A DNA stretch of 64,000 bases from Azolla caroliniana (Eukaryota; Plantae; Polypodiophyta): assembly GCA_043228905.1 (NCBI GenBank), contig JBHGNT010000008.1, positions 12,276,001-12,340,000 of the forward strand, given 5' to 3'. Of this stretch, positions 36,044-46,958 are shown piece after piece. The position numbers were made by a program, and so were the translations under genes. The stretch's first letter is position 1; every line of letters starts with the position of its first letter. The notes below the pieces were generated by a model. The model was given only the letters and a program-made list of their open reading frames with translations, had not been told where the DNA came from and did no database searches.

Positions 36044-37357
36044 TGTCGTGTGGTTTTTCACACACGATATGAAAACTAGTAAAATAATTATTTACGATTA
36101 GCTTAATATATTGATATAGGAAGATAGATGTGTTCAAGAGCTTCATAATGTATTTTACTACGCATGAATTGGATAAATAAGTATCAAGTTATGTGAGTGA
36201 GAAGTTTTAAGAGAAAAAGGAAAAAATACAAAACTGTGAGATATCCCACATAGATAGGTCAACATTGGAACGCAGGATATATAAGGGAAACCAAAACATA
36301 TTCATTGTATCAATGTGTAGAGCACAGAATGTTCAAGGTGACTTGGGTTACATTGTGTGGTGTTCACGCTTCGGGCGTACGCGTGTATGCATCATCGTGT
36401 TCACGCTTTGTGTTGACACTTCGGGCGTGTATGCGCATATGCACGATTGTGTTGACGCTTTGGGTGAACATGCGTATGCACAACCGTGTGGACGTATTCG
36501 GACGTACGTGTGTGTGCAAGTTTTGGGTGTACGCGTGCATGATTGCTTGGACGTTTCAGACTGACACACGGATGCGTACAGGCACGGTTGTATTGACGCT
36601 TCAGGTGTACACGCGTATGCATGGCCACGTGGACGTTTTCGAACGTACGTGTGTGTGCAAGTTTCGGGTGTACGCGTGCACGGCTACATGGACGTTTCAG
36701 ACTGACACGTGTATGCGGACGAGCGTGCGGATGCATACACGGTGCGGGTTGGACGCGCGCGCGTGGATGTGGACGCATCTACGGTTTGGTTGCGACGCAC
36801 GTACGGATTCCGCACGGGCTAAACTTTATGGATGATTGTGTCATTTGGCTGAATTATACAGACAGCAACATGCAACTAAAAGTAGAGGCCATTCAACTAA
36901 AAGTAGAGGCCATGCAACTAAAAGTGGGCATGCAAAGTAACATTGGGGAGGAGGATCAACAGAGAGATCGATATAAGTCCCATTTTTCCCCTCTAGTTTT
37001 TTTTTTTCTTCCTTCTTCTTCCCTTTCGGATTCGAGAAACAAATTATCTCACATATTGATACAATGATCTTTCTTGTCAAAAATTTTCTCTCGTATTCAT
37101 ATCGGACCACTCCTTGCATGGTTGTTGGCTCCTTTCTTTGAAAAATTAATCTCTCATTTCCATACCCAACCCATTGTAACACGATTCTGAAATTATAAAG
37201 AATCAATTTTCTTTTGCAATAAACTAAGAATTTGTCTCTCCCACTTGTCTTATGCTTAAAACTTGCTTGTGTTGTACGTGTTCCACTAAATCCTTCTAGT
37301 TCAGAACCCCGGCGGTTCCGTCTCACGATCCGCACATAGTGACGGATTTTCACGATA
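36044..37357 (+). repeat. 3' LTR of F (1.3 kb)
   Basis: Matches 28242-30156 and 62385-63600; ends CACGATA (mutated). Confidence 0.9.
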
Positions 37358-38052
37358 GCGTGTCCTCTCCGGTGAAGTCGAACTTCAGAATGTTCCGCGT
37401 ATCAGTGAACCGCCGACATCTTCACCAAGCCTCTTGGTGTAGACAAGTTGTGGCAATTCTCGGGTGCGCTTGGGTTGCGTCACCTCGATGTGCCGAACTT
37501 GAGGGGGAGAGACGTCCCGAATGACCACGGAAGGGGGAGAGAAGTTCCGGAAGACAAAGACCGCGACGCCGAGTCGGATTGGCTGAAGAAGCCAAGGGCG
37601 GACCCGCGGAGGGTTCCGAAAGCGGACATAAGGAGAGCAGGCGAAAGAAAAAGTTGAAGCCAACCAAGGGCGAGAAGACTGAAGACGAGTTGGAGACATC
37701 CAACTCGGGCGAGGGCGAAAACCGATCGAAGGAAGCCGAGTTGATTCGGATGTTTGATTCAGATACGCTGAATCAACCAAGGGCCAAGCGGAAGAGAAGG
37801 AAGTAGAAGAGGCGCCAACACCGCAATAGCAAGGAAGCTGACAAGGGCTGTGGGAGCAGACAAGCCGACCTGAAGGGTCGAGGCGCGCGGAATCGAACAG
37901 GTTGAAGAGCGCGAGCAAGGCGTGAAGCCAAAAGGAACCGGAGCGTAGGTTAAGTGGAGCAGGTGGAACCTCAAGTTGAGCTTGAGGGGCAGTGTTGAGA
38001 GACAAGCTCAACATTAGTGTGTAATACGATGCGTAACCAAGTGTGTAGACTG
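37358..38052 (+). mobile_element. Element I: 3' fragment of a Copia (RNase H end, tail, PPT, first 60 bp of 3' LTR from 37993)
   Basis: RVLSGEVEL..DIFTK..LDVPNLRGR; inverted homolog of H; LTR continues after J at 58584. Confidence 0.82.
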
Positions 38053-38449
38053 TGTGAAAGAATAACGTGTGGAAACAATGGAAAACCGAAAATAGAAATG
38101 CAGGTTTAATGGAGAGCTTAGAGTATACACAGTATGCGGGAGAGATAGAGAGAGAGAGCACACAGAAAACTCAATTCAAAATATTACTCAGTTTGTACAT
38201 CATATGTGTTCAGTGCTCGGATTGACAGAAGTACGGTGTACTTCAATGCTCACACGAGCGTTTGACACTAACTACGACATATTAACTCCCTAGTAGACTA
38301 GCTGCTACTTGGCTTCTGGTTACTGCTTGATCCAGCTAACCGACTCCCCAGCTCACCGGCTCACTTGCTCACTGGCTCATACTTCCGGATGCCGATCCGG
38401 CTCAGGCTTATTCAGCTGATCTGGATCCGGCTGAGCTTGCCGCTCAACA
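38053..38449 (-). repeat. 3' LTR of J
   Basis: TGTGAAAG..CTCAACA; diverged direct repeat of 58195-58583. Confidence 0.86.
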
Positions 38450-38614
38450 CTCCCCCTCAAGGTCAACTTGAGGTCGGATCGTAGTGTCAATCTCCATGGC
38501 AGTCGGCCCTTCCACCTGGCTCCTTCTAGCGTCACTCCGCCTTGCTCGTGCTCCTCGGTCGTGACACTTCTGTTTTTGTGCATCTCAACCTCCTCGGTCG
38601 GATTGTCTGTTCAA

Positions 38615-39102
38615 CTAGCCCAAATCAGCTCCCTCGCTGTTATGACTTCGGCGCTTGTCGACCCGCCGATTCCTTCGTGTTGGCGTCGACTTTTGCTGCC
38701 ATCTCGTCCTCTTGGCCTTGAATTGATCCGGTTCTTCCGAATCCGTTTGTTGAACCGAAACGGCTGTCTCCGATTCGTTCCAGCTCTTGTCCGAATCGGT
38801 TGCTCCCGATTCGTCTTCCGGTTCCAGGCCCTTCACCACATCGGACCATGTCTGGGTCTTGGCCTTCTTCTTCCGGTCGGCTCTGTCCTTCTTGACTCTA
38901 CCACCGTTGCCACTTGTTCCGACTTGTTTGGATGTGTCAACTTCCTTTGTCGACTCGGCTCCTTTCTTCTTGTTGTCTCCCCCTTTGTCGGTTCTTCCCT
39001 CACCGGCGCAATCGACAATTTCTTTGCCTTTGCCCATTCCGGTGTCTTTGTCCATTCTCCCCCTCAAGTGTGGCACGTCGAGATGCTGAACACCAAGCAT
39101 TG
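38615..39102 (-). pseudogene. C-terminus of J pol with charged low-complexity extension
   Basis: Continues RNase H KLQHFTAM|LGVQHLDVPHLRGR across the L insertion, then ..TWSDVVKGLEPED.. Confidence 0.65.
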
Positions 39103-39564
39103 TGTTATTGCTAGGGCCGGACAACAGCCTAACACAGGGTGTCCACTTAAGACACGTCACCAAAGGGTGGTACGGCAAAATGACTTACGGCACAACGCTT
39201 ACTTAGACCTTAATCGATTACTTAGCCATCCGTAATTAACACGTGTAAGATATAACAATGAATACAGAACGGTAATCAACACTGGAAGATTAAGACAATA
39301 AGATTTATTAATTATCCGCTCTTGATTACATTGTAACCAGGCCTTTATATAGGTCTCCGGTGCGAAATAAAAAACGGTGCCAACCGGCACCTTTACGGAA
39401 TCGTTCCGGATCCGGATCAGCATACCGATTCCGGTCTGTCCGTCCACATCTTCTTATATAATAATATGTATATATTAAGACTACTAATTACAACAGTTCC
39501 TGAATAACTATTCCTTTCACACTTTGGTTTGGACCTCCTTAAGCCTTCTTGCCGGCCGGTAACA
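39103..39564 (-). repeat. 3' LTR of L
   Basis: Near-identical to 53284-53745. Confidence 0.94.
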
Positions 39565-39618
39565 CATGGCACGCCCGTGGGACAGTACCTTGTACGTCAA
39601 ACCCACTATCCGGCCCTT

Positions 39619-41899
39619 TTACGCTTCGTCCAAAATGTCTAGAATGCTTTGCTCCAAAATTTCCAATGGCTCGTCGGGAATCTCTTATTTCATTTGTGGT
39701 TATGGTTGTTGCTCCGTTTGTGGTTGTGGCTCTGTTTGTCGCTCTGGCACCGACGTTTCCGTCGTTGGTTCCTCCGTCGGAGTTGTCTGTGGCTAACTGA
39801 CCCCGGCCTGTTCCCCCTCCGGTCTTTGCACCGGCGACGGTTCCTCATCACTAAGGTTGACCCTTGCCGCCTTTCGCGCTTTTTCTTCCCGGAGTCGGGA
39901 CCGCTCATAGCTTTCGAACTGGATTTGAGCCTCCAGCCGATCATCGTCCAATTGAGCTACAAGCTGCCGGACCTACACCAATTGTTCATCCGCCAGGGCT
40001 GTGAAATCTTCCGCCAGCTCATCCCTGATGGTGGTGAAGTCCTCCGAGGTTAGCATATAGCAGTCATCGCCCTCCTTTCGCCGGTTTTCAACGTCCGCCC
40101 TAAGCAATTGGAGTTCCGCTGTATTCTGCACCCATTTTGCCCACCAACGCATAGAGCTGTCATCAATCAAGCTTTTGGTCTTAGTGAGCCATGACCGGAG
40201 GATGCACTGGAGCCATCCGTCGCAGCTTGTCTTTTTCCTGCAGCACTTCCTCTTTTTCCTCCTTCAGTTGGTCGTAAGCATGATGTCCTTTACGCAGGTT
40301 TTCCTCTGCACGGTGAAGGTTCTCAACAGTCTTTCTTAATTCTTCTTCGGCCGCCTTCTTCAAGTCACGTTCGCGGCTCCGTAATGCTTCTTGTGCGGCA
40401 AGCTCATCTCGTAATTCCGCAAGCTCTTGGGCTTGCGCCGCATGTTTCTCTGGGATAGTTTGTGTCTCCAGGGTCTTATTCTTCTGTACATCAATCGGAG
40501 TCACCGGTGCTTAGATCTGCGTTGCGGTTAAGGCCATTTTGGCCATATCTCTAGTGATCCTTGACCGGGCCGTCTCTAGTTCATTGGTTGTGACTAGCAA
40601 CCGTTCTGTTTGCGCTCTTTCCTCCGCCTCTATTCATCCTCCGGCAATTTGGTCTCCTATCCACCAGAGCCATTGGCTGCCGGTGCACTGTTGTTGCGCT
40701 TGCACGGAGAGTTGGCTGATGGGTTCACTCGTCGGTGGCTGGTCCCGCCGTTCTACGTCAAGCTGCGCTTCTGGTTCTGCCAGCTGACCACTTTGTCGTT
40801 CCAGCTCTCAGTGTGTTTTGGCTAGTCGCCCCTTGTTTGCTTGTTCTTAGCCGGCTGGGGTGGTTGGCCTTTGTATCTCCGGCTCTTGGGTGACGGGGCT
40901 TGCCAGTGCTGCCTGTTGTGCCGGGACTTCTGTGACCGGTTCCATCCGAACCGGTTCCGGTGCCTCCCTTGGCGTGGGTTGGTCAGCGTGAGTTGCGGGC
41001 GTTCCATCCTTCTGTGGGTCCAAACGCTTCTTGGCTGATTCAGCGGTGCTCTTCACCGGCCGCCGCTGGAGGCGCTCCGTGGGTTCTTCCTCCATTTCTT
41101 CCGCCTGAGTCTCGGCATTCATTCTTGCCGCCAGGGTGTCCGTTTCCTGTTGCACCGGTCGGTGGAGTGGGCTCTTCAAGGGCCGTGCTGGTGTCTCCTC
41201 ACTTGCATCCGTCGGCCGCTTCCGGCTGGCGCACTCCTTCGCCGTCTTCTCTGCTTCGGCAGTCTTCCCCTTAGTGGCCTTGGAGGCCAACAGTTGTTGC
41301 CGTTTCAAAGCAGGTTTCGGGGTGCCATCCGTTGCTCTTCCCCGCTTCTTGGTTTGGACGGGCTCGATCGGTGGCGCCAACTGGGTGAGCCATTGTGTCA
41401 CCGCATGCCATATTTTCCGGCCTTCCTTGTCATCCTTTCCTCTTACTATATCAATGGCCGTACACAGCCCGTCGGCTATCAGCACCGGCCAATCTACCTT
41501 GACCCCTTCGTATGTTGCGATGATCAAGCCTGCTCGGTTCTGAGGCATGACGGGGTGTCGAGGGTACACGTGGCCGAACTCGTGGAGCACACGGGCAATT
41601 TCACGGAATAGCATATCTTCGCCGCCTTGTGTCCTGTAGCCCTTGCTGGCTAGTGAGTACTCACTGAGATATTTGATGAGTTGCTCGGAGGTAGGATTGT
41701 CGATCGTGTAGATACCTCCCTCCGGAAGGCCTATTAACGCACGGATCGCTTCCTCTGTGATCACCTCTGTGTTGATTTCTTTTATAATCTTTTCGGCCTC
41801 CTTGTGGTGCCCCCTCCATGATCATTAAGAAACCCTCTAGACCATGTTGTCATAACCATTTCTTGGCGGCTTCAGACAACGTTTGGCAGTCCGTCCATC
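39619..41899 (-). pseudogene. Accessory (env-position) ORF of L: globular N-domain, KKRGR, Pro/Glu linker, coiled coil, acidic C-terminal motif; disrupted
   Basis: ORFs 40847-41764, 40181-40504 and 39973-40170 align with the M ORF (EYSLASKGYRTQG, YEGVKVDW, IRDELAEDF); ends EQSILDILDEA*. Confidence 0.8.
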
Positions 41900-42238
41900 T
41901 CTGTGTCGAGGTCGGAGAGTGTTGGCGAGGTTTGGTGGTGGGGAGAGTGTGAGAGAGAAAGTTCTGAGGGAGGGGGTTCTTTGTGTACGATTGATCTTCG
42001 CGTATCGCTCTGCGTCTGTTCTCCTTGGTTCGCGATAGGAGAAGGTCTCGATGCGTGGGGGTTTTTCTCTATGCATCTTGGCATATGCAGGTCGTGTACT
42101 ATAATAGCATTGCGTGCCATGTGGCGGTGGTTTAATGTCCTATTCATAGCTCCTCGTACCTTTTCGACGTGCCTCTTTACTCCTCATGTGCATGGCCATT
42201 TCCACCACTCCTTTCCATGATTTATTTGATTCGCTCCT

Positions 42239-42270
<32 letters not shown>

Positions 42271-42277
<7 letters not shown>

Positions 42278-45203
42278 TTTTTTTTTAACTTACTTCTGTG
42301 GTTAGTTTTTCTCCGGTCCCATCGGACCTTTCCCGAAGCGTGCAACTTACCGGCCTCTTGACGGTTTGCCGCCGTTCTGCTCTCCTCGGTTGCCGGTTCA
42401 TACTCCTCCTTACTGGCTTGGTGGTAGTCTTCGTCTTCACCGGTTGTCGTTATGGTTGGTCTGCCAGCGTCTGATTCGGTGGCGGCCTTTCGTTCAAATG
42501 GGTTCTTAGGCATCGGTCCTTTGTATGGTTTTAGTCTAAATCCGTTGATCCATTTGCCCAACACTTCTCCGGCAAGTGTCCCCAACTAGTAGGACCCATT
42601 GAACTCACGTGTGATCCAGTATGGTCCGGTCCATCTAAACCATAGTTTACCTGGCATTTTGCCCATCCGGGTCTGGAACACGAGTACCGGCTTGCCCGTT
42701 CCGAACATCTTTTCGTTTCCCTTCCGATGCCGATCTACAAATGCTTTCCGTCTCTGTTGTTCCAATTCCAGGCGCATAATGCTCGCGAGTCGGTGTTCTT
42801 CCAGTTCGCACAGAGCCTTTAACCGAATTGCCTCCGATTCCTTTTCGTTCAATCGTTCCCGAATCTGAATCCGTAAGCTTGGTACCTGGAACTCGACCGG
42901 CATGATTGCCTCCAATCCGAATGCTAACCGGAACGGTGTTGTCTGGATGCTTGTTTTGTACGTTGTCCGGTTAGCCCAGAGCGCATTGTGCAGCTTTATG
43001 TCCCAATCTGTCCGATTTTCATTGACGATCTTCCGGAGGATACTCTTGAGCGTTTTGTGAGTCGACTCAGCTAACCCATTTGCTTGCGGATAGTATGGTG
43101 TGCTTCGTTTATGTACTACCGCATAAAACGTCGTCAAACTTTCTACCACCTGTCCAAGAAAGTGCCCTCCTTGGTCGCTTATCAGCTTTATGGGGCATCC
43201 GTACCAGCACCAAATGCATTCGTATAAGAATTTCGTCGTTGACTCCGTGGTGTTTTCTCGTAGGGCTTTCGCTTCCACCCACTTAGTGCAGTAATCCGTC
43301 GCGACGATCACGTACCGGTTGCCGGTTTTGATTGCCGGTGGTTTAAATGGTCCGACGAAATCCAACCCCCATTTCTAGAATGGTTCTAGTGGTAGGACTG
43401 GCTGGTGTGGCATCCGAGCTTGTTCCGTTGGCTGACCCATTTGTTGGCATAGATCACACTCCTTCGCATACCGAACTTCATCCTTCAATGTGGTCGGCCA
43501 CCATAGCCCACTTTGCCATACTTTCCTTGCCATCGCATCTCCGGCATAATGGCCTCCGGCGACTCCGTAGTGTGCCTCCCGTAGTATTACCTCCTTCTCG
43601 TGGCTGCGCACCGCTCGTCGCCAGATACCGTCCGCACCTTTGTGGTATAGCGTGTCCTGTAATAAACAAAAGTGTCGGCTCTGTACCGCCAGGCATTTTC
43701 TCTCGTCCCGGTTCATCTCCTCCGGAGGCAATCCGGTACTCAGAAACTGGTGCATATTAGTTAGCCACTTATCTTCTTGTGCCACCGTTTCATATGTTGC
43801 CATTTCCGTGGTGACTCGAAAAAGCTCTGCATCCGGAAACTCGTCCGGTACTCCGTCACTTGTCTCCCTGGAATCTAACCGGCTTAGATAATCTGCTACC
43901 GCATGCTATATGCCGGGTCGGTGGAATATCTCGAATTCGAACTCTTGCAACAACAAAGTCCACCGGGCCAACTTACCGATAAGTGACGCTTTGGATACTA
44001 GATAGAGGAGTGCCGAATGAGCTACATGGAAGGAGAACTTTCTTCCCAATAAATAATGCCTGAATTTTGTTATACTGTAGATCATTCCTAAAGCTTCCCT
44101 TTCCATGGTAGAATAATTTCATTCTGCTTGGGATAGCTTCCGGCTGGCATAGTACACTGGCCGGTACCACCTTGGCTCGGTAAGCTGCATGAGCGCGCTG
44201 CCGATTGCGATATCGGAGGCGTCCACGAACACATGAAACTCTTTACTCCAATCCGGAGGCTGCACTATTGGTGCTTGTGACAATAACAACTTTAGTGCCC
44301 AGTACGCCTTGTGTTCGATGTCGGTCCATTGGAACGGTGTTCGGTGTACTGCCGCATGCAGAGGTGTAGCCAGGTCTGCCAAATATCGGAGCATACGGCT
44401 ATGCCAGCGGATTTGTCCTAGGAAACGACTCAATGCCTTTGCCGTTGCCGGTGTCGGTGCTTCCCTTATTGCTTTCACTTTGTCCGGATCTACGGCAATG
44501 CCTTCCTTGCTCACTATATGCCCTAGTAGCGTTCCGCTGGACACTCGAAATACACACTTCGCCGGGTTCAGGCTTAGCCGGTACGCCCTACACTTCTCTA
44601 GACATACTCTGAGATGCTACCAATGATCTTCTTCTCTGCTATAGATGGCGAAGTCATCAAGGAACACCTGCATAAAAGCCGGTATGTATTCGCCAAAGAT
44701 CTCCATGATGATCCGTTGGAATGTTGCTGGTGCCGTTTACAGCCCGAACATCATCACCACCTCAACAAACACTCCCCATTCAGTGACGAAAGCCATTTTC
44801 TCTTGATCCACCGGATCTGATTATACCCGCTGAATCCATCGAAGAAATCGTAGACTTCATGGCCGGCGACGGCATCCAACACTCCATCCGTAAACGGAAG
44901 TGGAAATGCATCTGTTACCGTTGCCGCATTCAGCTTCCGGTAGTCGACACAAACTCTAATTTTGCCGTTCTTTTTCGGTACGACTACGATCGGGCTCAAC
45001 CATGTAGATTTCTTTACGGGACGGATGAAGCCGACCCTCAGTAATTTGTCGACCTCCTCCTTGACTTTGGCGGCGTAGTTTGGGTTCATCCGGTACCGAT
45101 GTTGTGCTACCGGCTTGGCGTCTTTGCTCAGATGTATCTGGTGCTGATACAACTAAGGATCTAGGCCTCTCATATCCTCGTACAACCAGGAAAAGAAGTT
45201 GTG
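42271..45203 (-). pseudogene. pol: pol (RT, RNase H, integrase) of L
   Basis: WLSPIVVVPKKNGKIRVCVDYRKLN, DGFSGYNQI, VDASDIAIG, GGHYAG..C..C, DFVGPF, YPQANGLAE. Confidence 0.92.
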
Positions 45204-45208
45204 AAACT

Positions 45209-45599
45209 TGTTGGCCGGTCAGAAGAGCAAGGACAAGTGGGAAGGCGGAATCGGATCGGATAATAGAAAGTAAATAATTGCAGAATTATTATTCGGAGGG
45301 ACGGATCCGGTACAGTTGTACCGATCCGGATCCGGACCGATTCGGATGTCGGTTGCCTAAGCGCACCGATTGTAACCTTGCCGGATGCCAATAAAAGGAT
45401 CCGATGATTTGTAAAGGTTTTGGGACGGAAGTAATACAATAGTAATTATTGCGTGTTTATCTGTATCTCGTATTGTTTACCGTCTGTGCTTAATTGTAAT
45501 CATCTTATGCGTGTAACCTAGCATCCAACCCTTACCACCCCTTTGGAGAAGTGTCGGATAGACACCTGTGTTGAGGCTAGTCCAGCCAGACAGACAACA
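45209..45599 (+). repeat. 5' LTR of M
   Basis: TGTTGGCC..ACAACA; direct repeat of 49916-50306. Confidence 0.93.
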
Positions 45600-45619
45600 C
45601 TATTTCGCGACCACTAAGG

Positions 45620-46620
45620 CGACCCCCCTTTCGAGACGAAGTCGAAGAAGACTAATACGTGGTAGAGACAAATACGACGAAATGTGCGATAATGATGACG
45701 ATCATGTGCGAGAAATTGAATCGGTAATGTGCAGGAAATGGTGACCACAATGTGTTGGAAATGGCCATGATAACGAAAAAAAGAAACAATCATAGCGACA
45801 ACCGGAATGATGAAGAAATCGACAACAACGATGGCCGGACCGAAGATGAGCGGGACGACAACAACCGGACAGCCGAAAAGACATGGCCGTTCGTGCCGAA
45901 CAACAACGAAGATGGAGACGGCCGGACAGCAGTTCGAGCGGTCGGATAGGCCGGAGAATGACCGGACAGGAGCAACCGGAGCGGTCGAAGTGGCCGGAGA
46001 GCGGTCGAAATGGCCGAACAATTGCTGAAGAGCAGCCAGACGACGATCGGACGGTGACGGAGACGGGCGGACCTCGGCCAAAATAGTGGCCAAACAGGGC
46101 CGACAAGGCCGGCGACAGAGACATCTAGAGATGGACCAGACACACATGGCCGGATGGGCCAGACAACGGAAAGAGCGGCCAGTAGGGCCAGAAACTGGCT
46201 TGAATAACTAGACAGTGGCTAGAGCGGCCGGGGAACCGGACGAGACGACCGGGACGACGGACCGAACACACGGTCGGAAGAGGAGGACGATGACCGGACA
46301 CCAACAGAGACGGAGGAGAGACCGGAGAGCGACCTAAGAGCGGTCGTAATGGCCGAACGGAGGCGGCTGGACAAGGACGGCATCAGTGGTCGGAGATGGC
46401 CACGACGGGAGATGGAGACGGACGAGCGGCCAAAGAGTGGCCGAGGATCTGCCGAAGCGGCCATAATAGCCGAACAGTGGCCGGAGTGGCCAAACGGGCT
46501 GGACAGACGACCAACCACGACAACCAAAACAAAGACAACACAGACAAGAAAGAGGCAGACATGCAGAAAATAAGAAGAAGAGAGAAGAGAAATGCAAGGA
46601 AGAAGAAGAACAGTGAAGGA
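45620..46620 (+). repeat. Purine-rich, GGCCG/ACCGG-rich low-complexity leader of M
   Basis: Degenerate short repeats, no credible ORF; similar tract on the minus strand at ~61400-62100. Confidence 0.6.
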
Positions 46621-46958
46621 AGATGATGGGGAGATCACAAGAGGTGGGAGCGCCACCATGCAACGAAGAGGCGCCATGCAGGACGTGCGCGTACTTGCTA
46701 TTTAAAGCATGGAACGTGGGCACTCACACGCGGCAAACAAGAAAGGACATACTAATTATGGCGGGAGAAGAACATGCGCGGGAAACGAAAAAGGGCGGCT
46801 CGAGGCACAACCCACTATATAAGACACAGGTCTGCGAAGGGCTCACTTTTTACGAATTTTCCTACATACAGGTGTAGAAGCACAGAAGAGCGACCCGACG
46901 CACAGAGCACACACAGCGCGATCCCGAACAACAGGCAGCAGAAGAAGAATTCGAAACA

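Larger units (their letters stand above)
28242..37357 (+). mobile_element. Element F: Ty3/Gypsy of the same group as C (probably recombinant; flanks do not match)
   Basis: LTRs 28242-30156 and 36044-37357, degenerate Trp PBS 30165-30181, gag-PR / RT-RH-IN, PPT 36031-36043. Confidence 0.92.

Noticed and set aside
45614-46723. Overlapping ORFs in the M leader and hydrophobic ORFs at 61325-61960
   Set aside because: Low-complexity GA/CT-skewed sequence; no motif or frame conservation between the two tracts.
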